From the IMG/VR virus record IMGVR_UViG_2778261009_000008, positions 1 through 51,038 of that record: DNA of 51,038 bases; one strand, given 5' to 3'. The position numbers and the translations under genes are program-made. The number at the start of each line of letters is the position of its first letter. Within the stretch, counting starts at the first letter, position 1. The notes under the pieces were generated by a model that was not told where the DNA came from, did not search any database, and worked only from the letters and a program-made list of their open reading frames with translations. Shown here piece after piece: positions 36,840 to 48,404 of the stretch. Origin of the DNA: a virus (Duplodnaviria > Heunggongvirae > Uroviricota > Caudoviricetes).

Positions 36840-39800
36840 ATGGCGACGTTACGTGAACTGATTATCAAAATTTCGGCAAATTCGCAGTCATTCCAGTCGG
36901 AGATCCAGCGGGCGTCCCGTATGGGCAGTGAATATTACCGGACCCTGCAGAATGGCGGACGTCAGGCTGCTGCGGCAGCCAGGGAGCAGCGCCGGGTTCT
37001 GGCTGAGCTGAACAGCCAGTTGACGGAAATCCGCGCTTCAGCTGCCGGAACGGCGGGGGCATTTGCAGGTGCCTTTGCCACCGGACACCTGATTTCTCTG
37101 GCCGATGAATGGAGTTCCGTGAATGCCCGACTGAAACAGGCGTCGCAGTCATCCGATGAATTTTCGTCATCACAGAAAGTGCTGATGGATATCAGCCAGC
37201 GTACGGGCACGGCATTTTCAGATAATGCGGCCCTGTTTGCCCGCTCGGCAGCCTCAATGCGTGAATATGGCTACAGTGCCGGTGATGTACTGAAGGTGAC
37301 GGAGGCCATTTCCACGGGACTGAAAATCTCCGGTGCCAGTACGGCAGAGGCGGGCTCGGTGATCACCCAGTTCAGCCAGGCGCTGGCACAGGGTGTGTTA
37401 CGCGGTGAGGAATTTAATTCGGTCAATGAAAGCGGAGACCGGATCGTACGTGCACTGGCTGCGGGTATGGGCGTGGCCCGTAAAGACCTTAAGGCGATGG
37501 CGGACGACGGAAAACTGACGGCGGATAAAGTCGTTCCTGCGTTAATCAGCCAGCTGGGGGTATTGCGTGATGAATATGCCGCCATGCCGGAAACGGTCTC
37601 TGACGGGATCACGAAGGTGGAAAACGCCTTTATGGCCTGGGTGGGCGGCGCGAATGAGGCCAGCGGAGCGACGAAAATGCTCTCCGGGGCGCTGAACGGT
37701 GTGGCCGGAAATATTGATACCGTGGCAACAGCTGCGGGTGTGCTGGTTGCTGTCGGGGTGGCCCGGTACTTTGGTAATCTGGCTTCCGGAGCGATGTCTG
37801 CCACGGCAGGACTTGTGACCGCTGCACGTAATGAAGTGGCACTGGCTGAGGCCCAGTTAAGGGGAACGCAGATTGCCACTGCGCGGGCAAGGGCAGCCGT
37901 GTACCGGGCTCAGCAGGCTGTGGCGGCAGCCCGCGGGACTGAGATGCAGATTGCCGCAGAGGCCCGTCTGGCGGTCACACAGGAACGCCTGAACAGAAAT
38001 ATTGCTGCCAGAACCGCCGCCCAGAATGCGCTGAACAGTACAACGGCGGTGGGCTCACGTCTGATGAGCGGTGCGCTGGGACTGGTTGGAGGCGTACCCG
38101 GACTGGTGATGCTGGGAGCTGCCGCATGGTACACGCTGTACCAGAATCAGGAACAGGCCAGGGAGTCTGCGCGCCAGTATGCACTGACGATAGATGAAAT
38201 CGCGCATAAAACGCCATCAATGTCTCTGCCTGAAGCCTCAGATAACGAAGGGCGAACACGGGAGGCGCTGACAGAGCAGAACCGGCTGATTGATGAGCAG
38301 GCCAGCCGGGTGAAATCCCTGCAGGAAAAAATCGCCGGGTATCAGTATGTGCTGGCTAATCCGGGCTGGACGACCGGTAACGGCTTCATGATAAACCATC
38401 TGACATCGGTGAAAACTGTAACGGAAGAGCTTGCTCAGGCAACAGAGCAGTTTGCTGTTGAGCAGTCCCGCCTGGCACAGATGCAGGAAAAAGCGCAGTC
38501 CATTCAGGATGTGCTTGCCGGACTGGAAGAGCGCCGTGTTGTGTTAATTCGTCAGCAGGCAGCAGAGCAGAATAAAGCGTATCAGTCACTGCTGGTCATG
38601 AACGGTCAGCATACGGAATTCAACCGCCTGCTGGGGCTGGGTAATGAACTGCTGCAACAGCGTCAGGGACTGGCGAGTGTACCGCTGCGACTGCCACAGG
38701 CCACTCTGGATGATAAACAGCAGAGCGCCCTGAATAACACAGAGCGTCAACTGGCCCTGTCCCGGCTGAAAGGGGAAGAAAAAGAGCGTGCCCGGCTGGG
38801 GTATGCAGCGGATGACCTTGGTCTGGTGGGGGATATGTATCAGGAGGCGAGGCAGCGTTACATCCGTAATTCGATGGAAGCCTGGCGCAATAATGAGGCG
38901 AATAAACCCAAATCCCGGGGCGGAAAATCAGAGACGGAAAAAGCGGAAGACAGTTTTTCCCGTCTGCTGAAGCAGCAGAAGGAACAACTGGGACTGGCAG
39001 GGAAGAATACAGAACTGGCGAAGCTGAAGTACCAGACCTCGCAGGGCGAGCTGAAAACCCTGACGGAGATGCAGAAGCAGGAGCTGCTGCGCAATGCTGC
39101 CCTGATTGACCAGAAGAAAATCCGGGAGCAGTTACGGGCCCGGGAGGAGACCCTGAAAAATGATAATGTGGCTGCGCGTGCATCAAATGAAGCCGAACTG
39201 CTGGGATACGGGCAGGGAGAACGAGCCAGGGAACGCATGCGGGAGTTGCAGCAGATCCGCGACAGCTTCCGCCAGAAGGATGCGGACCTTCAGTCTCAGT
39301 ATCAGACCGGGGATATCAGTGAGGATTTTTACAGACAGGCACGGGCACAGAACGCGCAGTATCTGAGCGAACGCCTTAAGGACCAGGCAGCCTTTTATGC
39401 CGAATCGGATGCGCAGCGTGCTGACTGGCAGAAAGGGCTGCAGGAAGGGTTAAGTAACTGGGTGGACAGCGCATCAGATTACGCTTCACAGGCAGCACAG
39501 CTTGCGACAGACGGTATCTCAGGGATGGTGAATAACATCACGGAGATGCTGAACGGAAATAAAGTGGAATGGCGCAGCTGGGCTGCATCAATCCTGCAGG
39601 AAATATCAAAAGTTCTTATGAATGCGGCCATTGTCAACGGCATTAAGATGGCGGCAAACAGTATGTCCGGTGCAGGAGGATTTTTCGGCAGTATAGGTAA
39701 CTGGCTGGGTGGCGCGGTGGCCAATGCAAAAGGCGGCGTGTATACCTCGGCAAACCTGAGTGCGTACAGCAACAGTATTGTGGACACGCCCACGTACTTT

Positions 39801-40082
39801 GCCTTTGCAAAAGGGGCAGGGCTGATGGGGGAGGCCGGACCTGAAGCCATCATGCCCCTGACCCGGGCAGCGGATGGTTCACTCGGCGTGCGTGCGGTGG
39901 GCCGCATGAACGGCAGTGCGGGTCTGGTGTATTCCCCGGTGTACCACATCGTCATTCAGAATGACGGCGCTAACGGGCAGATAGGGCCGGAAGCGGCGGG
40001 CACCCTTGTGCAACTGATTGACCAGCGGGTACAGGCGGTGATGTTATCCATGCGTCGTGACGGAGGAATGCTGAGTGGATGA
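36840..40082 (+). CDS. Tail tape measure protein (lambda H-like)
   Basis: 1080 aa, Ala/Gln-rich coiled-coil protein with hydrophobic segments, directly after G/GT. Confidence 0.9.
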   Translation: MATLRELIIKISANSQSFQSEIQRASRMGSEYYRTLQNGGRQAAAAAREQRRVLAELNSQLTEIRASAAGTAGAFAGAFATGHLISLADEWSSVNARLKQASQSSDEFSSSQKVLMDISQRTGTAFSDNAALFARSAASMREYGYSAGDVLKVTEAISTGLKISGASTAEAGSVITQFSQALAQGVLRGEEFNSVNESGDRIVRALAAGMGVARKDLKAMADDGKLTADKVVPALISQLGVLRDEYAAMPETVSDGITKVENAFMAWVGGANEASGATKMLSGALNGVAGNIDTVATAAGVLVAVGVARYFGNLASGAMSATAGLVTAARNEVALAEAQLRGTQIATARARAAVYRAQQAVAAARGTEMQIAAEARLAVTQERLNRNIAARTAAQNALNSTTAVGSRLMSGALGLVGGVPGLVMLGAAAWYTLYQNQEQARESARQYALTIDEIAHKTPSMSLPEASDNEGRTREALTEQNRLIDEQASRVKSLQEKIAGYQYVLANPGWTTGNGFMINHLTSVKTVTEELAQATEQFAVEQSRLAQMQEKAQSIQDVLAGLEERRVVLIRQQAAEQNKAYQSLLVMNGQHTEFNRLLGLGNELLQQRQGLASVPLRLPQATLDDKQQSALNNTERQLALSRLKGEEKERARLGYAADDLGLVGDMYQEARQRYIRNSMEAWRNNEANKPKSRGGKSETEKAEDSFSRLLKQQKEQLGLAGKNTELAKLKYQTSQGELKTLTEMQKQELLRNAALIDQKKIREQLRAREETLKNDNVAARASNEAELLGYGQGERARERMRELQQIRDSFRQKDADLQSQYQTGDISEDFYRQARAQNAQYLSERLKDQAAFYAESDAQRADWQKGLQEGLSNWVDSASDYASQAAQLATDGISGMVNNITEMLNGNKVEWRSWAASILQEISKVLMNAAIVNGIKMAANSMSGAGGFFGSIGNWLGGAVANAKGGVYTSANLSAYSNSIVDTPTYFAFAKGAGLMGEAGPEAIMPLTRAADGSLGVRAVGRMNGSAGLVYSPVYHIVIQNDGANGQIGPEAAGTLVQLIDQRVQAVMLSMRRDGGMLSG

Positions 40083-40416
40083 GATTAAGACCCTTCACTG
40101 GTGTCCCCGGGAAGGGATGCAGGTGACGGAGAAACCGTCGGTGATGACGGTGAAGTTTGGCGACGGTTATCAGCAACGTCGTCCGGCAGGACTGAATGCG
40201 CAACTGAAGACCTTTCAGGTGGTTTTTCGGGTGACAACGGATGCTGAGCGGGAGGCACTGTCCGCGTTTCTGTCATGGCATGGTGGTTACCGGGCTTTTT
40301 TGTGGAAGCCCCCGAAACATAACCGGACGGTCAGGGTGGTGTGCCGGGAGTGGAGTGTTACGGATAACGCCCGGTACAGTGATTTCAGTTGCACGATAGA
40401 GCAGGTGGTGAACTGA
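40075..40416 (+). CDS. M: Minor tail protein M
   Basis: 113 aa; aligns with lambda gpM (…FGDGYQQRRPAGLNAQLKTFQV…GGYRAFLWKPP…EQVVN). Confidence 0.85.
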   Translation: MDEIKTLHWCPREGMQVTEKPSVMTVKFGDGYQQRRPAGLNAQLKTFQVVFRVTTDAEREALSAFLSWHGGYRAFLWKPPKHNRTVRVVCREWSVTDNARYSDFSCTIEQVVN

Positions 40417-41114
40417 TGCAGGATATTCACGAAGAAAGCTTGAACGAGTCGGTTAAGTCAGAGCAGTCACCGCGGGTGGTGCTCTGGGAAATCGACCTGA
40501 CGGTGCAGGGCGGTGAGCGGTATTTTTTCTGCAATGAGCTGAATGAAAAAGGGGAGCCGGTGACCTGGCAGGGGCGTGAATATCAGGCGTACCCGATTGA
40601 GGGCAGCGGCTTTGAGATGAACGGAAAGGGCAGCAGTGCCCGCCCGTCGCTGACGGTGTCCAATCTTTTCAGCCTTGTCACCGGGATGGCGGAGGATTTG
40701 CAGAGCCTGGTGGGTGCCACGGTGGTCCGCCGCCGGGTGTATGCGCGTTTTCTTGATGCGGTGAACTTTGTGGCGGGGAATCCGGAGGCAGACCCGGAGC
40801 AGGAGCTGACGGACCGGTGGGTGGTGGAGCAGTTATCAGCGCTGACGGCCATGACGGCCTCGTTTGTGCTGGCGACACCGACGGAGACGGACGGTGCGCT
40901 GTTTCCCGGTCGCATCATGCTGGCGAACACCTGTATGTGGGATTACCGGGGCGATGAATGCGGGTATAACGGTCCGGCAGTGGCGGATGAGTTCGACAAC
41001 CCCACCACGGATATCCGGAAGGACAGATGCAGTAAATGCATGCGCGGGTGTGAGATGCGCGGCATGGTGGCTAATTTCGGCGGTTTCCTTTCCATTAATA
41101 AACTTTCGCAGTAA
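40416..41114 (+). CDS. L: Minor tail protein L
   Basis: Start MQDIHEE overlapping the M stop; strong alignment with lambda gpL (…VVLWEIDLT…GERYFFCNE.NEKGEPVTWQGR.YQ…GGFLSINKLSQ). Confidence 0.85.
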   Translation: MQDIHEESLNESVKSEQSPRVVLWEIDLTVQGGERYFFCNELNEKGEPVTWQGREYQAYPIEGSGFEMNGKGSSARPSLTVSNLFSLVTGMAEDLQSLVGATVVRRRVYARFLDAVNFVAGNPEADPEQELTDRWVVEQLSALTAMTASFVLATPTETDGALFPGRIMLANTCMWDYRGDECGYNGPAVADEFDNPTTDIRKDRCSKCMRGCEMRGMVANFGGFLSINKLSQ

Positions 41115-41124
41115 ATCCCGTTTT

Positions 41125-41868
41125 ATGACACAGACTGAATCAGCGATTCTGGCGCATGCCCGGCGGTGTGCGCCAGCGGAGTCGTGCGGCTTCGTGATAA
41201 GCACCCCGGAGGGCGAACGGTACCAGCCCTGCGTGAATATCTCCGCAGAGCCGGAGGCGTATTTTCGTATTGCACCGGAAGACTGGCTGCAGGCACAGAT
41301 GCAGGGGGAGATTGTGGCGCTGGTCCACAGTCATCCCGGTGGACTGCCCTGGCTGAGCGAGGCGGACCGGCGGCTGCAGATAAAGAGTGCCCTGCCCTGG
41401 TGGCTGGTCTGCCGGGGTGACATTCACCGGTTCCGCTGTGTGCCGCACCTGACCGGACGGCGCTTTGAACACGGTGTGACGGACTGTTACACCCTGTTCC
41501 GGGATGCTTACCATCTGGCGGGGATAACGCTGCCGGATTTTGTGCGTGAGGATGACTGGTGGCGCAACGGTCAGAACCTGTACCTGGACAACCTGGCGGA
41601 AAACGGCTTTTACCGGGTGTCTCCGTCCCGTGCACAGGCAGGCGATATTCTGCTGTGCTGCTTTGGCGCATCGGTGCCGAATCATGCCGCCATTTACTGT
41701 GGCAACGGTGAACTGCTTCACCATATACCTGAACAACTGAGTAAACGGGAGAGGTATTCAGAGAAATGGCAACGACGAACGCATTCTGTCTGGCGTCACC
41801 GCCACTGGTCCGCATCTGCCTTCACGGGGATTTACAACGATTTGGTCGCCGCATCAGCCTGTATGTGA
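41125..41868 (+). CDS. K: Tail assembly protein K (JAB/MPN + NlpC/P60 domains)
   Basis: About 247 aa from MTQTESAILAHARRCAP…; motif HSHPGG (JAB) and Cys/His peptidase block. Confidence 0.85.
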   Translation: MTQTESAILAHARRCAPAESCGFVISTPEGERYQPCVNISAEPEAYFRIAPEDWLQAQMQGEIVALVHSHPGGLPWLSEADRRLQIKSALPWWLVCRGDIHRFRCVPHLTGRRFEHGVTDCYTLFRDAYHLAGITLPDFVREDDWWRNGQNLYLDNLAENGFYRVSPSRAQAGDILLCCFGASVPNHAAIYCGNGELLHHIPEQLSKRERYSEKWQRRTHSVWRHRHWSASAFTGIYNDLVAASACM

Positions 41869-42446
41869 ACACGGCAGCGGAGGCCATCCGTGCCCTGTCG
41901 CTGCAGGTGCCGGGATTCCGCTGTCAGATGAACGAAGGCTGGTATCAGATACGTATTGCCGGTGAGGATACCGCGCCGGAGGCGGTGTATGCCCGTCTTC
42001 ATGAGCCACTGAGCGGGAGGGCCGTGATTCATATTGTACCGCGGCTGGCAGGGGCCGGGGGAAATGGTGTTTTTCAGGTTGTGCTGGGGGTTGCAGCGAT
42101 TGTCGGGTCATTTTTCACTGGTGGTGCAACACTGGCGGCATGGGGCGCAGCCCTGAGTGCCGGAGGGCTGACTGCCACCACGATGCTGTTCTCACTGGGG
42201 GCCAGCATGATTCTGGGTGGTGTGGCCCAGATGCTGGCCCCGAAGGCAAAGACGCCGGAATACAAAAGTACGGATAACGGTAAACAGAACACGTATTTTT
42301 CGTCACTGGACAACATGATTGCTCAGGGTAACCCGATGCCGGTGCCTTACGGTGAAATGCTGGTTGGTTCACGACGGATATCCCAGGACATCAGCACCCG
42401 TGATGAGGGCGGTGACGGGAAAGTGGTGGTTATCGGGCGGGGATGA
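41766..42446 (+). CDS. I: Tail assembly protein I
   Basis: 226 aa; overlaps the K 3' end as in lambda; C-terminal hydrophobic Gly/Ala-rich segment. Confidence 0.8.
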   Translation: MATTNAFCLASPPLVRICLHGDLQRFGRRISLYVNTAAEAIRALSLQVPGFRCQMNEGWYQIRIAGEDTAPEAVYARLHEPLSGRAVIHIVPRLAGAGGNGVFQVVLGVAAIVGSFFTGGATLAAWGAALSAGGLTATTMLFSLGASMILGGVAQMLAPKAKTPEYKSTDNGKQNTYFSSLDNMIAQGNPMPVPYGEMLVGSRRISQDISTRDEGGDGKVVVIGRG

Positions 42447-42613
42447 AAATAAAAAAATCCCGCAGAGTTAGCGGAGCTGCGGGAGAGAACGATGAAGATT
42501 AACTTTATGGAGTTATTTTTCAGGCATCAAAAAAGTAACGCAGCGTCATTATTGCGGCTACAGGCAATTGCCGGAAATGTGAAGAGTTTCAGAAATTTTA
42601 TTCCGTCATGACA

Positions 42614-42643
42614 CAGGCACCCTCCGGGGTGCCTGTTGTTTTT
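42614..42643 (+). terminator. Strong hairpin plus T-run in the I-J intergenic insert
   Basis: CAGGCACCC-TCCG-GGGTGCCTG followed by TTGTTTTT, about 45 bp upstream of the J start. Confidence 0.5.
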
Positions 42644-42686
42644 GGGCATAAACAGATTCAGACATCAGACAGGAGAGGGGGACAGT

Positions 42687-45600
42687 GTGGGTAAAGGGGG
42701 CGGCAAGGGGCACACACCGCGTGAGGCGAAGGACAATCTCAAATCAACGCAGATGATGAGCGTGATTGATGCCATTGGTGAGGGACCGGTGGAAGGTCCG
42801 GTGAAGGGACTGCAGAGTATTCTGGTGAACAAAACCCCGCTGACGGACACGGACGGTAATCCTGTGATACACGGTGTGACCGCCGTCTGGCGTGCCGGGG
42901 AGCAGGAGCAGACACCGCCGGAAGGCTTTGAGTCCTCCGGGGCGGAAACCGCACTGGGCGTGGAGGTGACGAAGGCAAAGCCGGTGACGCGCACCATCAC
43001 GTCAGCGAACATTGACCGTCTGCGGGTCACCTTCGGGGTGCAGTCACTGGTGGAGACCACCTCAAAGGGTGACCGTAACCCCTCTTCTGTCCGCCTGCTG
43101 ATTCAGCTTGAGCGTAACGGTAACTGGGTGACGGAGAAGGATATCACCATTAACGGCAAGACTACCTCGCAGTACCTGACGTCGGTGATTCTGAATAATC
43201 TCCCTGAGCGCCCCTTTAACATCCGGATGGTCAGGGAGACGGCGGACAGCACCACGGACCAGCTGCAGAACAGAACGCTGTGGTCGTCATACACCGAAAT
43301 CATCGATGTGAAACAGTGCTACCCGAACACGGCGATTGTGGGGCTGCTGGTGGATGCGGAGCAGTTTGGTGGCCAGCAGCTGACGGTGAACTACCATATC
43401 CGTGGTCGCATCATCCAGGTGCCGTCAAACTATGACCCGGAAAAACGCACCTACAGCGGTATCTGGGACGGGAGTCTGAAACCGGCATACAGCAATAACC
43501 CGGCCTGGTGCCTGTGGGACATGCTGACCCACCCGCGCTACGGGATGGGAAAACGCCTGGGGGCCGCGGATGTGGACAAGTGGGCACTGTATGCCATCGG
43601 GCAGTACTGCGACCAGACGGTCCCGGATGGTTTCGGAGGCACAGAGCCGCGGATGACCTTTAATGCGTACCTGTCACAGCAGCGTAAGGTGTGGGATGTC
43701 CTGGGGGATTTCTGCTCGGCGATGCGCTGTATGCCGGTATGGAACGGCCAGACGCTGACGTTCGTTCAGGACCGCCCGTCGGATGTGGTGTGGCCGTACA
43801 CCAACAGCGATGTGGTGGTGGATGATAACGGCGTGGGGTTCCGCTACAGCTTCAGTGCCCTGAAGGACCGGCACACGGCGGTGGAGGTGAATTACACTGA
43901 CCCGCAGAACGGCTGGCAGACTTCCACGGAACTGGTGGAAGACCCGGACGCCATCCTGCGCTACGGACGCAATCTGCTGAAGATGGATGCGTTTGGCTGT
44001 ACCAGCCGCGGTCAGGCCCACCGTGCCGGACTGTGGGTGATAAAGACCGAACTGCTGGAAACGCAGACGGTGGATTTCACGCTCGGGTCACAGGGGCTGC
44101 GGCACACACCCGGTGACATCATTGAAATCTGTGATAACGACTACGCCGGGACCCTGACCGGCGGACGCATCCTGTCCATGGATGCCGCCAGTCGCACCCT
44201 GACGCTGGACCGTGAGGTGACCCTGCCGGAGACAGGTACATCGACGGTGAACCTGATTAACGGCAGCGGTAAGCCGGTGCGCGTGGACATCACTGCACAC
44301 CCCGCCCCTGACCGGATACAGGTCAGCGTCCTGCCGGATGGCATGGAGACATACGGTGTGTGGGGACTCTCCCTGCCGTCACTGCGTCGTCGCCTGTTCC
44401 GCTGTGTTTCCATCCGGGAAAACACGGACGGCACTTTTGCCATCACGGCAGTGCAGCACATACCGGAAAAAGAAGCCATCGTGGATAACGGGGCCCGCTT
44501 TGAGCCGCTGTCCGGTTCACTGAACAGCGTCATCCCGCCGGCAGTGCAGCACCTCACGGTGGAGGTGAGTGCCTCAGACGGCCAGTATCTGGCGCTGGCG
44601 AAATGGGACACGCCGCGGGTGGTGAAGGGCGTGCGCTTCAGTCTGCGCCTGACCAGTGGCAGTGGTGAAAACAGCCGCCTGGTGACCACCGCCATCACTG
44701 CCGACACGGAGCACCGTTTCAGTGGCCTGCCTCTGGGGGAATACACCCTGACGGTCAGGGCGATAAACAGCTACGGCCAGCAGGGCGAACCTGCCACCAC
44801 CACGTTCCGGATTAACGCCCCGGCAGCACCGGACAGCATTGAGCTGACGCCGGGGTATTATCAGATAACAGCAGTACCGGTGCTGGCGGTGTATGACCCG
44901 ACGGTACAGTATGAATTCTGGTTCTCAGAAAAACGCATCACGGACACGGCACAGGTGGAAATCTCTGCCCGTTATCTGGGGACAGGCAGCCAGTGGAGTG
45001 TCTCCGGCCCGCACATTAAGCCGGGGAGGGATTTCTGGTTTTATGTGCGCAGCGTCAACCTGGTGGGGAAATCTGCGTTTGTGGAAGCCAGTGGCCGGGC
45101 GAGCAATGATGCGGAAGGGTATCTGGACTTTTTCAGAGGAGAAATCGGGAAGACACATCTGGCACAGGGGATGTGGGAGCTGATTGATAACAGCCAGCTT
45201 GACGATGAGATGGCGGAGATGAAGACCACCATCACCGAAACCCGCAATGAAATCACGCAGACGGTCAGTAAAACTCTGGAAGACCAGAGTGCCACCATAC
45301 AGCAGATACAGCGGGTGCAGACAGACACAAATAACGACCTGGCTGCGCTGTACATGCTGAAGGTGCAGAAAACAAAAAACGGCATTCCGTATGTTGCCGG
45401 TATAGGTGCGGGGATTGAGGATGCTGATGGCCAGCCCCTGAGCAATATACTGCTGCAGGCGGACCGTATCGCGATGATTAACCCGGAGAACGGCAACACC
45501 ACGCCGCTGTTTGTGGCGCAGGGGAATCAGCTGTTCATGAACGATGTGTTCCTGAAGCGGTTGTTTGCAGTGAGCATCACCTCGTCCGGCAATCCCCCGA

Positions 45601-46154
45601 CGTTCTCCCTGACGCCGGAGGGCAGGCTGACGGCCCGCAATGCGGACATCAGCGGACATATCAGTGCGAACTCGGGCACGCTCAATAATGTCGTGATAGC
45701 GGAGAACTGTACGATAAATGGCACGCTGAAAGCGGAGAACATTATTGGTGATCTTGTGAAATGTGCAGGGGTGGCTTTTCCGGTGGATGGTAGTTACCTT
45801 GCGAACGGTACACGAACGCTGACGGTGTATGACGATCACAGCTTTGACCGGCAGATTATAATCCCGCCGATAATCTATGTCGGGTCAAAACAGGAATCCC
45901 GCACCAGTAATGACATCTGGACAGAGTGCTTCCTGCATGTTGATCAGAACGGACGCCGGATTTATTCAGGCAGGTCAGTGACAGATCCGGGAATTTTCAG
46001 CGGGATCATCGATATGCCAGCCGGTCATGGTCATATCACCCTGAGTTTTACCGTAAGTTCACGACGTCAGAACGGGAGTTTTGGCAGTTCACGTATCAGT
46101 AACCTTCAGGCGATAGTGGTGAAGAAAAACAGCGCGGGGATCAGTATCCGCTGA
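42687..46154 (+). CDS. J: Tail tip / host specificity protein J
   Basis: About 1155 aa from GTG after SD AGGAGAGGGGG; N-terminus (M)[21 protein letters not shown]… parallels lambda J, with similarity along the length. Confidence 0.9.
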   Translation: MGKGGGKGHTPREAKDNLKSTQMMSVIDAIGEGPVEGPVKGLQSILVNKTPLTDTDGNPVIHGVTAVWRAGEQEQTPPEGFESSGAETALGVEVTKAKPVTRTITSANIDRLRVTFGVQSLVETTSKGDRNPSSVRLLIQLERNGNWVTEKDITINGKTTSQYLTSVILNNLPERPFNIRMVRETADSTTDQLQNRTLWSSYTEIIDVKQCYPNTAIVGLLVDAEQFGGQQLTVNYHIRGRIIQVPSNYDPEKRTYSGIWDGSLKPAYSNNPAWCLWDMLTHPRYGMGKRLGAADVDKWALYAIGQYCDQTVPDGFGGTEPRMTFNAYLSQQRKVWDVLGDFCSAMRCMPVWNGQTLTFVQDRPSDVVWPYTNSDVVVDDNGVGFRYSFSALKDRHTAVEVNYTDPQNGWQTSTELVEDPDAILRYGRNLLKMDAFGCTSRGQAHRAGLWVIKTELLETQTVDFTLGSQGLRHTPGDIIEICDNDYAGTLTGGRILSMDAASRTLTLDREVTLPETGTSTVNLINGSGKPVRVDITAHPAPDRIQVSVLPDGMETYGVWGLSLPSLRRRLFRCVSIRENTDGTFAITAVQHIPEKEAIVDNGARFEPLSGSLNSVIPPAVQHLTVEVSASDGQYLALAKWDTPRVVKGVRFSLRLTSGSGENSRLVTTAITADTEHRFSGLPLGEYTLTVRAINSYGQQGEPATTTFRINAPAAPDSIELTPGYYQITAVPVLAVYDPTVQYEFWFSEKRITDTAQVEISARYLGTGSQWSVSGPHIKPGRDFWFYVRSVNLVGKSAFVEASGRASNDAEGYLDFFRGEIGKTHLAQGMWELIDNSQLDDEMAEMKTTITETRNEITQTVSKTLEDQSATIQQIQRVQTDTNNDLAALYMLKVQKTKNGIPYVAGIGAGIEDADGQPLSNILLQADRIAMINPENGNTTPLFVAQGNQLFMNDVFLKRLFAVSITSSGNPPTFSLTPEGRLTARNADISGHISANSGTLNNVVIAENCTINGTLKAENIIGDLVKCAGVAFPVDGSYLANGTRTLTVYDDHSFDRQIIIPPIIYVGSKQESRTSNDIWTECFLHVDQNGRRIYSGRSVTDPGIFSGIIDMPAGHGHITLSFTVSSRRQNGSFGSSRISNLQAIVVKKNSAGISIR

Positions 46155-46352
46155 ACATCGCGCCCCGGGATTGCCGGAAGGAGACAAAAACCGTACAGTA
46201 TGCGCGGGTGCCTTTGGCTGATGGCCGGAGGGAACACCTGAAGGCCGGATGTGAAAAGGCCCCGGGCAAACATTCATGTTTAACCCGAGGCCTGACCATT
46301 CATCCTAAGCAAGTGAAAGGTTAGCGCCTCTCCGTAAAAGGAGCAAGCGTTT

Positions 46353-46493
46353 ATGTCGCAAAAACCGTTAAAAACCACCGTGATTTGTATCACGGTAGTG
46401 CTCATTATCTGGATCACCCACAGTTCACTGTGCGAGTTCCGGTTCCGGATAGCGGGCGCGGAGATTGCGGCGTTCTTACAGTGTAAGCAGTAA
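46353..46493 (+). CDS. Hok/Gef-family type I toxin (putative)
   Basis: 46 aa ORF (MSQKPLKTTVICITVVLIIWITHSSLCEFRFRIAGAEIAAFLQCKQ): one TM helix then the Hok signature SLCE…EIAAFL; SD GGAG upstream; below track cutoff. Confidence 0.55.
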   Translation: MSQKPLKTTVICITVVLIIWITHSSLCEFRFRIAGAEIAAFLQCKQ

Positions 46494-46635
46494 GAAACCG
46501 TGGCGGGGGAGAATATCCCCCGCCGACCGGTTGCTGAGGGTGGTCAGCCGGATGGCACCGTTTTAACACCAACAAACCACAAATATTACCGCAGGCCGGG
46601 AAACCGGTACTGCGGTTTTTTTATGGGGGAAATCC

Positions 46636-48363
46636 ATGACAGTCAGAATATCGGGTGTGCTGAAGGATGGTACGGGAAAAGCGGTACCGGGATGCACGAT
46701 AGAGCTGAAAGCGCGCCGCACAACGGAGACGGTGATTGTCACCACGGTGGCGTATGGTCAGCCGGGGGAAACCGGCAGTTACAGTATGGATGTTGAGCCG
46801 GGGTTGTACCGGGTGACGCTGAACACGGAAGGGTACGCGCCGTCATATGTGGGTGACATTCTGGTGAAGGCGGATTCTGCACCGGGAACGCTGAATAAAT
46901 TTCTGATGGACCTGGAGGACGCACAGTATTACCCGAAAGCCCTTGCAGAGCTGGAAGCGGTGGCAGCGGAAATCCTGAAACGTGCAGAAGCGTCAGCGGC
47001 CAGTGCGGAGGAGGCAAAAAAACGGGCAGAGAATGCGCGGGGACCGAAGGGGGATAAGGGGGACACCGGGCCGCAGGGTATTCCCGGGCCAAAAGGCGAT
47101 ACCGGCGAGCGGGGGCCAAAGGGTGAGCGTGGTGAGACAGGACCACAGGGGCTTCAGGGTGTGAAAGGTGAACGGGGAGAGAAGGGCGAAAAAGGCGAGC
47201 CGGGAGGGCCGGATGCGACGACGGCACAGAAGGGAATTGTGCAGTTAAGCAGCACAACGGACAGTGATGATGAAACGAAGGCAGCCACCCCGAAAGCGGT
47301 GAAAGCGGCAATGGACAAAGCGGACGGATGCCTGGAGAAAGCGAAAAACGGTGACGATATCCCGGATAAGGTGAAGTTTCTGAACACCGTGGGAGCAGCC
47401 AGAGTATACGGGCGGGACATTCATACGGGGGCCGGTGAATGGACCACGAGTGAGTTTGTCGCCTGGCTGAAAGAAAAAGGGGCATTTGACCAGCCTTACT
47501 GGATGATGAAGGCATCACTGCCTGCGGTAATGAATAAAGTCATCACGGATGTCGGACCGGGAAAACTCAATCTGGGTGGCTGCGCCATTGAGGTGATGGG
47601 GACGTATAACGCAGCCATAGTCCGGGTCACCATTGGCGAATACGGTGCAACGGGGTTTATTAATGGCACGGTCTGTACCTGTACGGTTTACGGCGACACA
47701 CAGTATTTCCACTGGCGGGTGGATTACAGCACAAAAAACAAACCGGATACGGTCAGCCAGCGGGATGCCAGCACGACGCAGAAAGGTGTGGTGCAGTTAA
47801 GCAGTGATACTGGCAGTAATGACGAAACAAAGGCAGCCACGCCGAAGGCCGTGAAGGCGGCAATGGATGTGGCAAATGAAGCGAAAACAAAGGCAGAAGA
47901 GGCTGCAGCAGGAGGTGGTGTTCCCGGTCCGAAAGGAGAGAAAGGTGACCCCGGAGCACAGGGTCCGAAAGGTGAAACGGGAGCAACAGGCCCCGCTGGT
48001 CCGCGGGGAGCGCAGGGACCGAAAGGGGAGAAAGGAGACCCCGGTCCCAGAGGTGAGCGTGGAGAAACCGGGCCGATGGGGCCGCCCGGGGCATCAGACG
48101 GGAAGAGCCGGGTTGTGGGTATCAGGCTGGGTAATAAACAGACTTATGCGCCGCAAACAGACAGCACTACATGGGCAGTGGATTTGGATATTGGTGCGAT
48201 GATTACGGGGATTGGCGGTTACAACGACGGAAACAAAACCCTTATTGACAGGGTATCTTACAGGCCGCTTCAGGTGACATTTGATGGTTCTCAGTGGCGT
48301 ACAGTCAGCGTGGGTGAGTATGTGTCGTCAGGAGCTTCGGGGTTTGAGTATTTTCCATTATAA
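46636..48363 (+). CDS. stf: Side tail fibre protein (Stf-like) with collagen-like Gly-X-Y repeats
   Basis: 575 aa; N-terminus [15 protein letters not shown]… parallels lambda Stf; two fibre-repeat motifs (QKG.VQLSS…[15 protein letters not shown]) and two Gly-X-Y tracts. Confidence 0.85.
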   Translation: MTVRISGVLKDGTGKAVPGCTIELKARRTTETVIVTTVAYGQPGETGSYSMDVEPGLYRVTLNTEGYAPSYVGDILVKADSAPGTLNKFLMDLEDAQYYPKALAELEAVAAEILKRAEASAASAEEAKKRAENARGPKGDKGDTGPQGIPGPKGDTGERGPKGERGETGPQGLQGVKGERGEKGEKGEPGGPDATTAQKGIVQLSSTTDSDDETKAATPKAVKAAMDKADGCLEKAKNGDDIPDKVKFLNTVGAARVYGRDIHTGAGEWTTSEFVAWLKEKGAFDQPYWMMKASLPAVMNKVITDVGPGKLNLGGCAIEVMGTYNAAIVRVTIGEYGATGFINGTVCTCTVYGDTQYFHWRVDYSTKNKPDTVSQRDASTTQKGVVQLSSDTGSNDETKAATPKAVKAAMDVANEAKTKAEEAAAGGGVPGPKGEKGDPGAQGPKGETGATGPAGPRGAQGPKGEKGDPGPRGERGETGPMGPPGASDGKSRVVGIRLGNKQTYAPQTDSTTWAVDLDIGAMITGIGGYNDGNKTLIDRVSYRPLQVTFDGSQWRTVSVGEYVSSGASGFEYFPL

Positions 48364-48404
48364 AGCGCATAATCTTTCAGACATGTAACCGGGAGGACTT
48401 ACAG

